A DNA stretch of 63,988 bases, the filler included, from Octopus bimaculoides (Eukaryota): the NCBI RefSeq assembly GCF_001194135.2. It is 3 parts of 2 records of this genome, joined end to end, with 100 filler letters (N's around TTAATTAATTAA, not from the genome) between each part and the next. Parts side by side here need not be neighbours in the genome. Positions count along the whole stretch, not along the records: positions 31,736 to 62,639 come from NC_068990.1; 2 more parts are not named here. One strand, given 5' to 3'. Shown here in pieces: positions 37,201-49,127 of the stretch; positions within the stretch are counted from its first letter, which is position 1, and every line of letters begins with the position of its first letter. The position numbers and the translations under genes are program-made. The notes below the pieces were generated by a model. That model saw only the letters and a list, made by a program, of their open reading frames with translations, ran no database searches and was not told the origin of the DNA.

Positions 37201-37500
37201 GCAAAAGAATATCATAAAAGTGGTCCTACCATTTGGTAGGCCTGCTTGTGATGTATAGGCAGAGATAATTGTCACTATACTATTCTGCAAGACTAGCCTG
37301 AGCTTAAATACACTCTGACTACCTCTATGACCTTATTCACACATTTCTCTGCAAGAAGTATGCCCACACCACCAACCTCATTGCTGTTACCTTCCCAGAA
37401 GATGTGGTGTGGTGTCTTGGCTGTGAGGAACCTGGTTGAAGTTCATCTCCACTTGACCTCTTGGATGCAGCATACATCAACACACCTCCATTCAATCATT
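34295..37500 (-). mobile_element. Degenerate, near full-length RTE-clade LINE (APE, RT, PHD-like finger, 3'UTR, GAT tail)
   Basis: VDVCCIQEVKW (APE); QFGFVPRRSTTDAIFLVRQLQEKY, GVHQGSVLSPLFF and LLYADDL (RT). Many stops and frameshifts. Confidence 0.95.
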
Positions 37501-38433
37501 TCAAGAATGAGAAAGACAGAAATTATAAAACAAGGTGAGAATGTTTACGAATTTTAGAGAGAGAGGGATAGATTGCTGAGGAAATCATGGCAAAGTATGG
37601 GAACACATGGGTTATGAAGCAGGGAGAGAATATTGCAAGGATTTAAAGAATTGCAATTTTTGAAAGTTATTTGAAGAATTAAAGAATTAGAAGTTTCGAA
37701 AGTTATTTTAAATCAAAGTACAACATGTTAGTATTACGAGTTAGATGAATGAATGATGAGCGATTAAAAACTAGAGTATACACTACCATTCTTCTTCCTT
37801 CTAGGAGTTTACCATTTACAGTCAAGTTAGCGTTATTGAGGTAGGGTTTTATGATGTGAAGAGTTTTAATCTTTGATTTTCCTTTCAGTACCAACCCACC
37901 TGAGACTATTTCTGCTTCTGTGGTTCAAGATATTTCATTTTAAAGTCTTATTTAAATTCACGCCTTATATTTTAGGCAAGACATTCTTGTAAAGTTATTT
38001 TCCAAACACCATTTTGATACTGATAAAGTCATTTTTAGCTACTATCTTAAGATTCCTGATTATTTTCAAAATTTAGTGAAATACACCAGCATCAGAATTA
38101 GGGCCACAAAACAGTTGGCTTTCATTGTTTTTTAGTTCCAAGTTAGCCCTGGCAAGCAGAACTGTGACGAAATAGATTCTTGACATCATCATCATCATCA
38201 CCACCACCACCACCACCACTTAATGCCCACATTTCTATGCTTGCACGGGTCACATGGAATTTTGTTTAGGCAGATTGTCTACAGCCTGTTGTCCATGTTT
38301 TTCATTAAACCAAAAAGTGATATGTTTTAAAATCATTTAATACAATACATTTCAGGTTTGTGTAATATATGATAGGAAATGTATCCATTATGTAAACCTT
38401 TCTTAGTTAATGCTTTTCCAAAATATATTATAC

Positions 38434-38587
38434 ATGGATGTGTGGTAAGAAGCTTGCTTCTCAACCACATGGTTCTGGGTTCACTCCCACTGCATTGCAC
38501 TTTGGGCAAGTATCTTTTACTATAGCCTCAGGCCAACCAAAGCCTTGTGAGTGGAATTTGGTAGATGAAAACTGAAAGAAGCTCGTA

Positions 38588-38588
<1 letters not shown>
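38434..38588 (+). mobile_element. SINE family A 5' half (host of the PLE insertion)
   Basis: Head and core end at GAAAGAAGCTCGTAG, then (TA)n. The matching 3' half is at 46431-46643. Confidence 0.8.
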
Positions 38589-38649
<61 letters not shown>

Positions 38650-39884
38650 CTATAAATGTAATGTGTGACAATTAGTTGGTCGAGTTTCGGATACTAGGGC
38701 TGAAGTCTGCAGCATCTCATCAATTATTAAGACAAAATACTATGCAAAAAAAAACCCATTTAATAAAGGGAAATTACTCTGGTAGGCATGGTGAAAGTAA
38801 CACTTCAGTCATAGAATTCATCCACGTATGCACACATATACACACACAAATACATGTACGCACGCACACACATACACATGTATGTATATATATCTACATA
38901 CTCACACACGTGTGTACATATACATACAAATACACATATATATGTGTCTACACATACACGCATCACTACGCTCATATATACATCTCTACACACACATGCA
39001 TACACGGATATATATAACATATAGTTTATACACACATGCATATACATCCGCGGAAAACATATATACAAATAGAAACACATGCACAAAAACGCACGCATCA
39101 TTATGTTCATATACACATCTCTATACACACATACACATACACATACATACGCGGATATACAAAACGGTCTATACGCACATGCACATACATACGCGGATAG
39201 ACGTATATACAAATAAAAACACATACGCAAAGATCAAACCGTAAAACATTCACATTCGCCATAAAACTTGAATATACTAATGAGTTATATATGTACAGAC
39301 ACAAATACACCCTCCTGTCTGTCAAACACATCTACACCTGCAGATATATAAACGTATATACATATATGTATAAAGGAAGGAGACAAGTACACCAGGTAGA
39401 GTCTTGCACTTATATATATACAATCATTCGTACTCGTGTATATATGCACGCATATATACATTGAATATATATTACACATGTATAAGTTACACAATTATAA
39501 AGGGTGAAAAATAATATACAGAAAAAATATATAAAGTAATAAAATATACATAAATATATAAGAGATGTTAAGACATATATATATGTACGTGGACACAATA
39601 TAGAAAGCATGTTCTATCTGTGATCTTGGTGGGTGGGTGGGAGGTCCAAAAGCATAGCATATGTTTTGCCATATGTGGACATAACCCAAAAAATTTGGTT
39701 CTTGAATTTAGACATGTAGCGGGGTCTAAAGAATGAGATCTCGTTCATTCTTTTGTTGTCATATTATTATTATTAATAAATTACCTCCCGTATACCGCAG
39801 CTTTTTTGTCTAGAAGCTCATACAGCTTGTTTTGAAAAATTACCTTAAACCAGTTGATGACTTTGCCCCGAAGAAGAATTTAAT

Positions 39885-40461
39885 ATGGATGCCTACAGTA
39901 TCGATTATTTTATGAAAAACATACCTATACCATCCAGGGAACTATACTCTAAGAAACTTAGAGTATAGACCTTATTAAGCATATGAGATGGAAAGCCTTC
40001 TTTTACATGGAAGAGGCTACTATAGAGAACATATTTTATAGAATTAAATCAAAGAAATTCCCTCCTAAAATCTAGGACTTAGAAGATGTTGAAACGGACC
40101 TACTGTAGCTTATAAACAAAATAAAATTTCATAAGTCTTTTAACACTTGCCAACAGAAACTGGAAAATGACATCAAATACATAAAATGTTTCAAAAAACA
40201 ACACTTTTTTCTGATAAAACCAAGAACTCATACCTAGTAGAAAACAGCACAAACTCACGATTTCTACATAACAACATTATTAATAATTACACTAAAGCTA
40301 GACAACAAGTTTATAGCGACATTAATAAAGAAGCTAGCATCATCGCTGCTAGGCTTAAATTAGATTAAAAAAATAGAGGTCCTCCCCAAAAAGGAGGCTT
40401 TTATGACTATTAAAGACCATAAAAAGAACTTCCTATCTAATCCTAAATGTAGATTTATTAA
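39885..40461 (+). pseudogene. PLE ORF, N-terminal part
   Basis: MKNIPIPSRELY...MRWKAFFY...FSDKTKNSY...KEAFMTIKDHKKNF..NPKCRFI, with stops and frameshifts. Confidence 0.85.
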
Positions 40462-42438
40462 AAGGGTCATAGCCAACTAATTAGGGAGAGAGTCAGTTTA
40501 GATGAGATGCAGTTCGGGTTCGTGCCAGGGAAAAGCACCACTGATGCTATATTTCTGGTAAGACAGCTGCAGGAGAAATACCTAGCCAAAGATAAACCTC
40601 TGTATCTGGCTTTCGTTGACATGGAGAAAGCCTTTGACAGGGTCTTCCAATCCCTTATCTGGTGGTCAATGAGGAAACTCGGGATAGAAGAATGGTTAGT
40701 GAAAGCTGTGCAAGCTATGTACAGAGATGCTATCAGTAAGGTGAGGGTTGGCAACGAGTACAGTGAAGAATTCCAGGTAGAGGTAGGGGACCACCAAGGT
40801 TCAGTTCTCAGCCTCCTCCTATTTATCATAGTCCTCCAGGCGATAACAGAGGAATTCAAGACAGGATGCCCCTGGGAGCTCCTCTATGCTGATGACCTTG
40901 CCCTAATTGCTGAATCACTATCAGAACTAGAGGAGAAGTTTCAGGTGTGGAAGCAAGGACTAGAATCGAAGGGCCTTCGAATCAACCTAGCTAAAGCCAA
41001 AGTCCTAATAAGTAGGAAGGTAGATAAAACACAAACCCCTTCAGGTAGATGGCCCTGCTCGATCTGTAGAAAAGGCATAGGTAGAAACTCTATAAGATGT
41101 ACCCAGTGTAAGCTATGGCCACATAAGTGGTGCAGCAATATCAAAGGAAGGCTAACTAGGAAGTTAGTTTTTGTATGTGGCAGATGCAGGAGCAATAAAC
41201 ACTGAAAATGTGAAGAAGACAACTTCTGCCACATTCCAGGGAGAAAACTAGACGTAGTTGAAAGCTTCCGCTATCTAGATGACCAAGTTAGTAGCAGGGG
41301 AGGGTGCGCTGAAAGTGTAGCTGCTAGAATAAGAATAGCCTGGGCAAAGTTCAGAGAGCTCTTACCTCTGCTGGTGACAAAGGCCCTCTCACTCAGAGTA
41401 AAAGGCAGACTGTATGATGCATGTGTACGAACAGCCATGCTACATGGTAGTGAGACATGGGCCGTGAATGCTGAGGACACGTGTAAGCTTTCAAGGAGTG
41501 AAGCCAGTATGCTCCGATTGATGTGTAATGTCAGTGTGCATACTCAACAGAGTGTAAGTACCATGAGAGAAAAGTTGAACCTAAGAAGCATCAGTTGTGG
41601 TGTACAAGAGAGACGATTGCGCTGGTATGGTCATGTGGTGAGAATGGATGCGGATAGCTGTGTGAAAAAGTGCCACACCCTAGCAGTTGAAGGAACCTGT
41701 GGAAGGTGTAGACTCAGGAAGACCCTGGATGAGGTGGGGATGCACAACCTTTGAACATTAGGCCTCACCAAGGCAATGACTTGTGACCGAGACCTTTGGA
41801 AATATGCTGTGCAGGGATGTAGCCAGCCCACTTATGCGTACCTTTCCTCCGTTGGACACTAAACTCCACTTGCGAAGACTTGTTGAGGCAAGTGAAATCG
41901 AAATCGAACAAAATTTGACGACTGGCACCTATGCCAACCTCTCCTTCATTGGACACTAAACTCCGCTTGCGAACTCTTGATGTTACCTGTACCAGTGGAG
42001 CGCTAAGAGCACCGTCCGAGCGTGATTGTTGCCAGAGCAGCTGTCTGGCTTCTGTGCCAGTGGCACATAAATAGCACCATTTGAGCGTGATCGTTACTAG
42101 CATTGCCTTACTGGCACTTGTGCCTGCAGCACGTGAAAAGCCATTCGAGCGAGGTTGTTGCCAGTGCTGCTGGACTGGCTCCTGTGCACATAAAATACAC
42201 CATTTTGAGCGTAGCTGTTGCCAGTACCGCCTGACTGGCCTTTGTAATTGTGGCAAGTAAAAGCACCCACTACACTCTCGGAGTGGTTGGTGTTAGGAAG
42301 GGCATCCAGCTGTAGAAACTCTGCCAAATCAGATTGTAGCCTGGTGTAGCCATCTGGTTTACCAGTCCTCAGTCAAATCATCCAACCCATGCTAGCATGG
42401 AAAGCGGACGTTAAACGATGATGATGATGATGATGATG
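40462..42438 (+). mobile_element. 5'-truncated RTE LINE inserted in the PLE ORF, ATTAA target duplication
   Basis: RT ORF 40507-41205 (LLYADDL), PHD-like finger, 3'UTR and (GAT)n tail. ATTAA at 40457-40461 and 42439-42443. Removing the insert restores CRFI-NPAKSEI. Confidence 0.95.
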
Positions 42439-42443
42439 ATTAA

Positions 42444-43930
42444 CCCAGCAAAATCAGAAATTAGTATTATTAGTAAAGAAATTTTAGGAAAAATCAATGC
42501 TAAAGTCAGAATTGCTTCTAGGTTGGTACAATGGTCTAATAGTATAGAAGTCATTGGCTGGTTTAAAGCCATTAGGAATAAAAATAAAGCGAGGTTTACA
42601 CAATTTGATATTGTAGATTTCTATGCCTCTCTCTCTAAAGAACTGCTCGATAAAGCCTTCTCCTTCACAAGCGAATTTATAGAAATGTGTACACAAGATA
42701 AGGACATAATATTCCATGCTAGAAAGACTTTACTCTTTGGTGAGAACGCAGAGAGGGTTAAGACAACCAATACAGAGGGTGCCTTCGATGTGAGCATGGG
42801 ATCATATGATGGAGCAAGGCATATGCGATCTCATTGGACTACTCCTACTCGATACGTTGGGTAAAACTTTTCCTGGTATATATTTCACCATTTACCACAA
42901 ACACCAGTGGACCAGCACAAGATCGGTTTAGGAAGGACATTATCCAAATGATGAAAACATTCAATCTTAGCATAAGAGTAGATACCAACCTGACTGTTGT
43001 CAATTTCCTAGATGTATCTTTAGATTTGAATAAGAATGTTTACAAACCCTACAGAAAGCCCGACAATATACTTAGCTATATTAATGTAGGTTCCTGCCAT
43101 CCCTCCATAGTATTTAGGAATTTAGTTAAAAACATTAGCAAGAGAATTTCTAGCCTCTCTTCCAATATAAACATTTTTAATAGTGTTGCTCCAATACATA
43201 ATAGAGCTCTAAAAGATAGTGGTTTTAGTGAGGAAATAACCCATACACCTGTCATTAGTCCAGTCACAAAGAAAAGGAAAAATAGGAATAGGAAAATTAT
43301 CTGGTTCACACCACCTTACTCACCCAAAGTGACCTTTTATATAGGTAGATATTTCTTATCTCTTATAGATAGGCATTTTCAAATCAGAAAGCTCTTTAAT
43401 AGGCACAACTTAAAAATTAGTTTTAGTTCTACTATTAACTTTAAAAATATAATTGCACACAACAAACAAAAACAACAGTAGGAATCCGGCTGTTCCTTCA
43501 GAGTTAAAAATTTGTGCCCACTAAATGGAGCTTGTATGACCGAGGCCATCCTTTATGAAGTCACCGTAGACCCTAGAACCACTAAGGACATTGTTTTGTC
43601 AAAAAAATATGTGGATCTCATGGAGGGAAATTTTAAGGCCAGGTTCAACAATCACACCTTAAGCTTCAGACACTGGGATAAAAGGAAAACAACCAAATTA
43701 TCCAGTTATATTTGGTCCTTAAAAGAAAAAGGTGTTAACTATAATATTCACTGGAAGATCTTGGCCAAGTGTAAGCCTTGCACCAACAGCAGTGGAAAGT
43801 GCAGTCTTTGCGATATGGAAAGATGGCTTATCTGGAAAAGTTCTTTACACCCACTATATGTCTAAATTCAAGAACTGAACTTTTTGGGTCATGTCCACAT
43901 TGCAAAACATTTGCTACGTTTTCGGACCCT
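42444..43930 (+). pseudogene. PLE ORF, RT and GIY-YIG endonuclease part
   Basis: QFDIVDFY, MGSYDGA, NFLDV, KPYRKP, HP, RKIIWFTPPYS, CPLNGAC, ILY..YVDLMEGNFKARFNNH, CSLC. The YRDD catalytic motif appears deleted near 42890. Confidence 0.9.
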
Positions 43931-44030
43931 CAAGATCATAGATAAAACCTGCTTTTTATATTATGTCCACGTACAAGCCTTTCATATGTCTTAACATCTC
44001 TTATATATTTATATATATTTTATTACTTTA

Positions 44031-45488
44031 CTAGCAGTATAACCTGGCATTGTCCGGGTGTGACTTATTACGCCATATACGATAAGTCTTGCTAGCTGAA
44101 AATCAACGAAAAAACCCTTATGACGTAAATATGTTCATAATTCAAAAGACGATGAAATTAATAGGGAAAGTCTGATGGCTGTTTTGCGTAACATTATTAA
44201 GCGTACATAAATTTCATCCATCTAATTGACTATACAAATGCTTGTGCAAAACAACATTTTGCACTACCCTGATTATGCATAGCAGGATAATCCCTTTTCG
44301 CAGGAGCTAGGACGACAATTTCTGATGAAGCAATTGCTGGCGATCTGTTGCTACACAGTTTTGCCAGAATTCTATCAGATTGGGCAGTAGATGTTGATGC
44401 ACCATTTTACATTATGTTCAAAGTAGCTTCTGGAATGTGGTGAATTGGTGCAGTCTGTTGCTGTCATTTTAAACCTGCTGCATTCTTTCCCCAGCAAACT
44501 CTCTTCTTTGGAGGCATAATCTATGTATATATTAAACAGAACAACAAAAGTTAAAACAGATGGCAGGGTCGGTAGTTTTCACATTTCGGTAATTTTTCAG
44601 ATTAACACCCGCACGATTACCTAGCCCTAACCCTAAAACCCTAACCCTGACCTTAAAACCCCCGTAACTAACACTGACCCTAATCCTAAACCCTAACCCT
44701 AACCGTAACCCTAAAACCCTGACCCTGAAACCCTAACACCGTAGTGAAAATCGTGCGGGTGTTGATCTGAAAAATTACCACATTTCTAATGAAGTTTACT
44801 GATTTGCAATGAATATCTTTCTCCTTTCTATCATGTCCTAACTTAAGCAAAACAATTTATTATTAGTGCTTTGTATGAGTGGAACCATTTAAACTTGTAA
44901 AAAAAAGAGGGAGACAGGAAAAGAGAGAGAGGGGGAGAATGGAATATAGAATGGGAATAATGAAGAGAGAGAAAGAGAGGAAGGGAGAACGGAAGACAGT
45001 TATAAGATAACAATGCATGCGCGTGTTTATATAATAAACACACGAAGTAAATCTTATATCTATAATGTTGATGTGTGTATGTGATTATGTGTATGTTGTT
45101 GTCACAGATCGCGTATGTGTGGTTGTGTGTGCTTTTACGTTTCTATGTTATGAAAAATATGTTAGAGGTAGAGGAAAGGTATTAAATGAGAGAGAGGAAG
45201 AAGAAGTAAGAGTGAAAAGGTAAACCAATTTAATCTATGACTTTATATGTATCACTTTCTCTCTCTCTCTCCCTCTTTTACTCTTACTTTCTATAAGAAC
45301 GCCAGTACAGGTAGAGGGGAAGAAATATAAAAGTTGCTAGAAACAACAGCCAAACCTCCCTTAAATCACACAAAGTAAACGGAATTTAAAAAATCTAATT
45401 ACTGCACTGGAAAGTTCACATTGAGAAAATTCCATTGATGTAAAAATTTTTACGAAAAAGTGGAAAATGTGGATTTCTATAGATGCGA

Positions 45489-45537
<49 letters not shown>

Positions 45538-45565
45538 ATAAACTCAGCTATACTATAGTTATAGA
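44031..45565 (-). mobile_element. Non-autonomous Helitron
   Basis: Minus strand A|TC...CCCGGACAATGCCAGG..CTAG|T with no TSD. The empty site TATTACTTTA|TATATTTTT matches the uninterrupted inverted pLTR copy near 39520-39545. Confidence 0.9.
44588..44779. mobile_element. MITE with 31-bp TIRs, 7-bp TSD and degenerate (CCCTAA)n core
   Basis: GGTAATTTTTCAGAT(T/C)AACACCCGCACGATT TIRs (30/31). ACATTTC at 44581-44587 and 44780-44786. Confidence 0.9.
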
Positions 45566-46245
45566 TATATTTTTCTGTATATTATTTTTCACCCTTTATA
45601 ATTGTGTAACTTATACGCGTGTAGTATATACCTAATGTATATGTGCGTGCATATATACATGCGTATGAATGATTGTATATATACAAGTGCAAGACTCTAC
45701 CTATTGTACTTGTCTCCTTCCTTCATACATATATGTATATAGATTTATATATCTGCAGATGTAGATGCGTTTGACAGACAAGAGGGTGTATTTGTGTATA
45801 TACATATATAACTCATTAGTATATTCAAGTTTTGTGGCGAATGTGAATGTTTTACAGTTTATGTTTTTTGCGTATGTGTTTTTTTTTTGTATATACATCT
45901 ATCCATGTATGTACATGTGCGTATAGACTACGTTTTGTATATCCGCGTATGTATGTGCATATAGAGATGTGTATATGAACATAATGATGCGTGCGTTTTT
46001 GCGTATGTTTTTATTTGTATATACGTTTTCTGCGGATGTATATACACGTGCATATAAACTACATTTTGTATATCTGCGTATGCATGTGTGTGCGCATGTA
46101 TACATAGACACATGAATATATGTATGTGCATACATGTATGTGTGTACATATGTGCATATGCGGATTCTGTGAATGAAGTATTACTTTCATCATGCCTATT
46201 GGAGTAATTTCCCTTTATTCAACAGTTTTTCATAGCATTTTATCT

Positions 46246-46308
46246 TAATAACTGATGAGATGCCGGAGCAGACTTCAGCCCTGGTATCCAAAACTCTAAG
46301 TTTTATTA
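46246..46308 (+). ncRNA. Hammerhead in the PLE 3' pLTR (mutated, G12A)
   Basis: TAATAA-CTGATGA-GATGCCGG..CTGGTATC-C-AAAAC-TCTAA-GTT-TTATTA. The inverted copy at 38680-38730 keeps GAAAC but has TTGATGA. Confidence 0.7.
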
Positions 46309-46430
46309 TGACAACCAACTAATTGTCACATATTATATTCATAGATAAATTCCTGTATTTTACATCATATCAAGGTCTCATTCATTCTTTGTTGTCATAT
46401 TATTATTATTAATATATATACATATGTATA

Positions 46431-46643
46431 TTTTTGCGTGTCTGTGTTTGTCCTTCCACCATCACTTGACAACTGATGTTGGTGTGTTTACATCCCCATA
46501 ACTTAGCAGTTCAGCAAAAGCTCCCAATAGAATAAATACTAAGCTTACAAAGAATATGTCCTGGGGTCAATTTGTTTGACTAAAGGTGATGCCCCAGCAT
46601 GGCCACAGTCAAATGACTGAAACAAATACAAGAATAAAAGAAT
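46431..46643 (+). mobile_element. SINE family A 3' half
   Basis: GTGTTTGTCCTTCCACCATC...GGCCACAGTCAAATGACTGAAACAAATACAAGAATAAAAGAAT. Confidence 0.85.
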
Positions 46644-46911
46644 TATAGAAAACCTGAAATATATTAAATGATTTCAAAATATCACTTTTTCATTGACTTC
46701 ATTATTACAACTTATACAAATATTCTAATAACAGTTTGGAGTAGTTTGTTATTTTTGACTTGTGTTGAAAATTCTGTTACTGTGTACCACTCCTTAGTAT
46801 AACATGAAATGTGTGTGTGTGCCACGCAGTGAGACTGAATTCAAGATCACATGGTTAAGAAGCAAGCTTCTTAACTACATAGCTCTGCCTACACCTAAGG
46901 CCTCAACTGTG

Positions 46912-46959
<48 letters not shown>

Positions 46960-46961
<2 letters not shown>

Positions 46962-47410
46962 GGGTGCAGTGAATAAATTGTCGTCTAAATTACTCAAAAC
47001 TGAAAATAACACTGATATCTATCAAAATCACGTAAAAATATCTTGAAATACTAAAGAGTAAATTTATTCAATAAAATTGCCATTGGTTTCAACCACTATC
47101 TCTTGACGACTTCAGAATCTCCTGTAACTGTTCTGGGCGGTCTCCTTGTTTAAGTTGGTGAATGCTGCCATAATCCTTGCCCTCGGTTCATCTTTGGTAT
47201 TACAAGGAGTTTTGTTGGTTTCTCGCTCAACTGCACCCCACACATAATAATCAAGGAGGTTGCTGTCTGATGAGTTAGATGGCCAGACGTTAGGGGTGAT
47301 GTGGTCACAGAAATTGTCTGACAGCCATGACTGGGTTCTCCTGCTTGTGTGGCATGGTGTAGAGTCCTGTTGCCAGACATAGGGTTTTCTAGCAGCCACC
47401 CTCTTTTCCA
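46960..47410 (-). pseudogene. Tc1/mariner DD37D (maT) transposase C-terminal remnant with one TIR
   Basis: QQDSTPCH...WPSNSSDSNLLDYYVWG has 37 residues between the 2nd and 3rd catalytic D. TIR CAGGGTG at 46960. Confidence 0.85.
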
Positions 47411-47820
47411 ACAGGAAACGGTGTTTCCTAGGGCTAAATAGCAGTAACATTCTTCTCTTTCATGAGACTGTCACACTAAGTTGACAACATACCATCACTT
47501 TATCATGCTGCTCCTGTATAAATTTCTCTTGAGAGATTTAGAAATGTATTATTTCTATTTTCGAAATCAGTGAATGTATTTCACTTGAAATATATATGTT
47601 TTCAAAGGTGAATAGGCATTGGCCGCTACCAAACCATGCTACTCCAGACTGACGATGAGCAATGACTCTGAAGCTAGTCTCTGGATGCTGGCTTTGCTGG
47701 ATGGAGGTGCTTATCTCCCCTTTGGAAACATAAGGACACAGGAAACGGTGTTTCTTAGGGCTAAATAGCAGTAGCATTCTTCCCTTTCATGGGACTGTCA
47801 CATTAAGTTGACAACATGCC

Positions 47821-47826
<6 letters not shown>
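47411..47826 (+). mobile_element. Retrozyme-like element: 327-nt monomer with 89-bp terminal redundancy and one hammerhead (47643-47685)
   Basis: Direct repeats 47411-47499 and 47738-47826 (83/89). TCCAGA-CTGACGA-T-GAG(CAATGA)CTC-T-GAAGC-TA-GTC-TCTGGA. Ends in (TA)n. Confidence 0.75.
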
Positions 47827-47857
<31 letters not shown>

Positions 47858-48261
47858 CACATCAATAAAATAAAAGTAAAATAAAAAATAAATTTTTAAT
47901 TACAATTTTTACATATTTCAAACCTGATAACTATTTAAAATAATTATAGCTAATATAGAAGTATAATATAATGCAATGGAATTTAAATAAATGTTATTAT
48001 AAGATGAATTACTTGCAATATACTTTTAGATTAATAAACCTGTAATATTATATTCCTTAATAGAATATTGATATTAAATAAATGATTTAATCAATTTTCT
48101 AAATAATAATAGTATACATACACTTATGCATGTATATACATATATATATATATACACACACACATACATACATGCATACATCTATATATATACAAATACA
48201 CACACACATACACGCACACACATATATATATATAAGTGTAGTAAATTGATTAGTGCGGTCT

Positions 48262-49085
48262 TTGTAATATGGAAAGATGGCTCATCTTGAAAAGTTCCTT
48301 GGACCCTGCTACATGTCTAAATTCAAGAACTGAACTTTTTGCCCCCACCCCTCAAGATCATGGCTAGAATCCACATTTTTACTATGTTCCTCCACAAGCT
48401 TCTCATATGTCTTAACTTTAAAAAAATTTTTATATATATTTTGAAATTTTTTTCTTCTTTTTGTCCTTTTTAATTGTGTGAATGTGTAACGTGCATGAGT
48501 ATATGTATATGTATGTATATATTTTATAGGTATATGTGTGTGCATGTGTATATGTATATGAGTATAAGACTGTGTCCAGTGCATAAGTGCGACTTTCATG
48601 CACATGTTCCCTGCATTTAAATGGATATGCATATGTTTGAATGGTTGTGGGTAGGAAGATGTATATGCATATCGTTTTGACTGTACCTTCTAGCATGTAA
48701 GGCTGCCTGTTAAGGGTTGTGTCTTCTCTGTTTAAATGTACACTAATTTAATATGGAAAATATGTTGTCTATTGACTTTTTATACATGCTAGGCCACTAG
48801 TAGTGAAATTTCTAAAATTTCACTACCCTATATTTTATGAATATGATTTTAATAAATTTTGGAAGTTAATTCAGCATTTTTTCATTTGCTGCCAACTGAA
48901 ACCATGCTTGCGCAGTAAATATTAAAAATTATAATATGTAATGAATAACATGTGCATAAGCGCACCAATCCATACATGCGCCTATATGTATATACTCATC
49001 CACCCTCGCTTGAAACACGTATGCGGGTATATGTATATATATGTGTGTGTGTGTATGTATGTATGTGTGTGTGTGTATGTGTATA

Positions 49086-49127
<42 letters not shown>

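Larger units (their letters stand above)
38643..46412 (+). mobile_element. Penelope-like element (Naiad-like) with an inverted 5' pLTR copy, later interrupted by an RTE and a Helitron
   Basis: 38664-39731 is the reverse complement of 43861-44030 plus 45566-46335. The pLTR end at 39736-39780 is repeated at 46374-46412. A broken RT+GIY-YIG ORF lies between. Confidence 0.9.

Noticed and set aside
43455-43830. Possible selenocysteine (in-frame TGA) recoding, reported for some Naiad PLEs
   Set aside because: The Cys positions seen here are TGT/TGC or missense, and the nearby stop is TAG. There is no supporting TGA.
44324-44350. CTGATGA-AGCAATTGCT as a hammerhead
   Set aside because: The hairpin is not followed by GAAA and lies within a Helitron.
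44620-44740. True telomere or chromosome-fusion site
   Set aside because: The repeats are degenerate and enclosed by TIRs and a TSD, so they are part of a MITE.
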